Assembly (NCBI GenBank): GCA_010093745.1
Contig: MU006019.1
Coordinates: 62,001-82,164, forward strand
Reading direction: 5' to 3'
DNA: 20,164 bases
Origin: Piedraia hortae CBS 480.64
Taxonomy: Eukaryota
A program made the translations under genes and the position numbers. The number at the start of each line of letters is the position of its first letter. The first letter of the stretch is position 1. The notes under the pieces were generated by a model, which saw nothing but the letters and a program-made list of their open reading frames with translations, did no database searches and was not told where the DNA came from. Shown piece after piece: positions 19,438-20,164 of the stretch.

Positions 19438-20164
19438 ATGTCCCCCCAAGGACCAACCCTCGAATCCCTAATCCAATCATCCATCTCCGCAAAATCAAAA
19501 GCTTACTGTACCTCCCCCCAACAATCCAATCCTCCCTCGGGGTTCTCCATCTACCCTCACAACTAACAATTACCAGGCCCCTACTCGAAATATAGAGTCG
19601 GCTGTGCAATCCTCATCGATCTGAACGGAAAAAAGGAGGTAGTGATAGGTGCGAATGTGGAGAATGCGTCTTATCCTGTTGGGACGTGTGCGGAGCGTGT
19701 AGCCTTGGGGGCGGGAGTGGTGAATTTTGGGGTGAGGGGGCCCTGGGGTGAGGGACAGGGAAGACAAGGGGAGGAGATGGGGGCAAATGGGGACAAAGAG
19801 GGAGGTGAGTTCATTTTTCTTTTTTTCTCTTCTTTTCTTTGGATAAGTTGGGGGGTGGGAAGGTACGGAGAGGGGTAGGGAGGAAACACTCACCCCTACC
19901 TCGACAGATGGAGAGCGAGGAAAAAGTCATGATCTTACGGAGATACGGGTGAAGCAAGTTCGAGTTTCAGAGGAATATTCACTGAAGCACAAACCTTGAA
20001 TTTTAAGAGGGATTCGATTGACGGTTTTCTAAGGGACAGTCGAAGCCATCGCCATATCCTCTGACTCGGAGGTTCCGGCTTCGCCATGTGGGATGTGTAG
20101 ACAGTTTTTGAGGGAGTTTTGCGATGTACGTTCAACATTTTTCACAACCCGCCCTTTGCTTTTT
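19438..20164 (+). CDS. CDD1: Cytidine deaminase (homotetrameric CDA type), multi-exon, 3' end beyond window; exons 19438-19507, 19577-19804 (or -19747), 20034 (or 20040)-20125
   Basis: MSPQ...AKSKAY plus intron 19508-19576 (GTACCT...ACTAAC...CAG) gives AYCPYSKYRVGCAIL...GANVENASYPVGTCAERVAL. A downstream exon missed by the ORF track encodes VEAIAISSDSEVPASPCGMCRQFLREFCD, followed by donor GTACGT at 20126. Both Zn motifs (CAE and PCxxC) are present. The intron 2 boundaries are uncertain. Confidence 0.88.

Noticed and set aside
19112..19609. 165-aa minus-strand ORF with WVGRVG repeats
   Set aside because: It arises from microsatellite and CCA-rich low-complexity DNA antisense to the CDD1 5' region.
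10575..20164. Idea that REP, erdS, CYS3, the transporter and CDD1 form one biosynthetic cluster
   Set aside because: Each has an independent, well-known housekeeping role, there is no backbone enzyme or cluster regulator, and proximity is explained by genome compaction.

Overview
Eukaryotic (filamentous ascomycete) genomic DNA with short GT-AG introns (mostly 45-70 nt), so several ORF-track entries are exon fragments or intron read-throughs. The left half looks lineage-specific: an intronless F-box/LRR-type gene, a secreted Ser/Ala/Gly-rich GPI wall protein with a single Pir repeat, two tandem paralogous single-pass membrane proteins with a probable fucose-lectin-like beta-propeller, and a small protein with a His...Asn-Cys motif. 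The right half is tightly packed conserved genes: Rab escort protein (MRS6/REP) with an intronic C/D-box snoRNA (snR62/U34-like), an aspartyl-tRNA synthetase fused to a DUF2156 aminoacyl-transferase domain (ErdS, tRNA-dependent ergosterol aspartylation), cystathionine gamma-lyase, a PHS-family (Pho84-like) MFS transporter, and a cytidine deaminase that runs off the window end. The most striking system, the AspRS-DUF2156 fusion, matches an already described enzyme (ErdS). The least explained features are the lectin-like gene pair, the His/Cys protein and the motif cluster in the erdS promoter. All family calls come from motif recognition by eye, not database searches.
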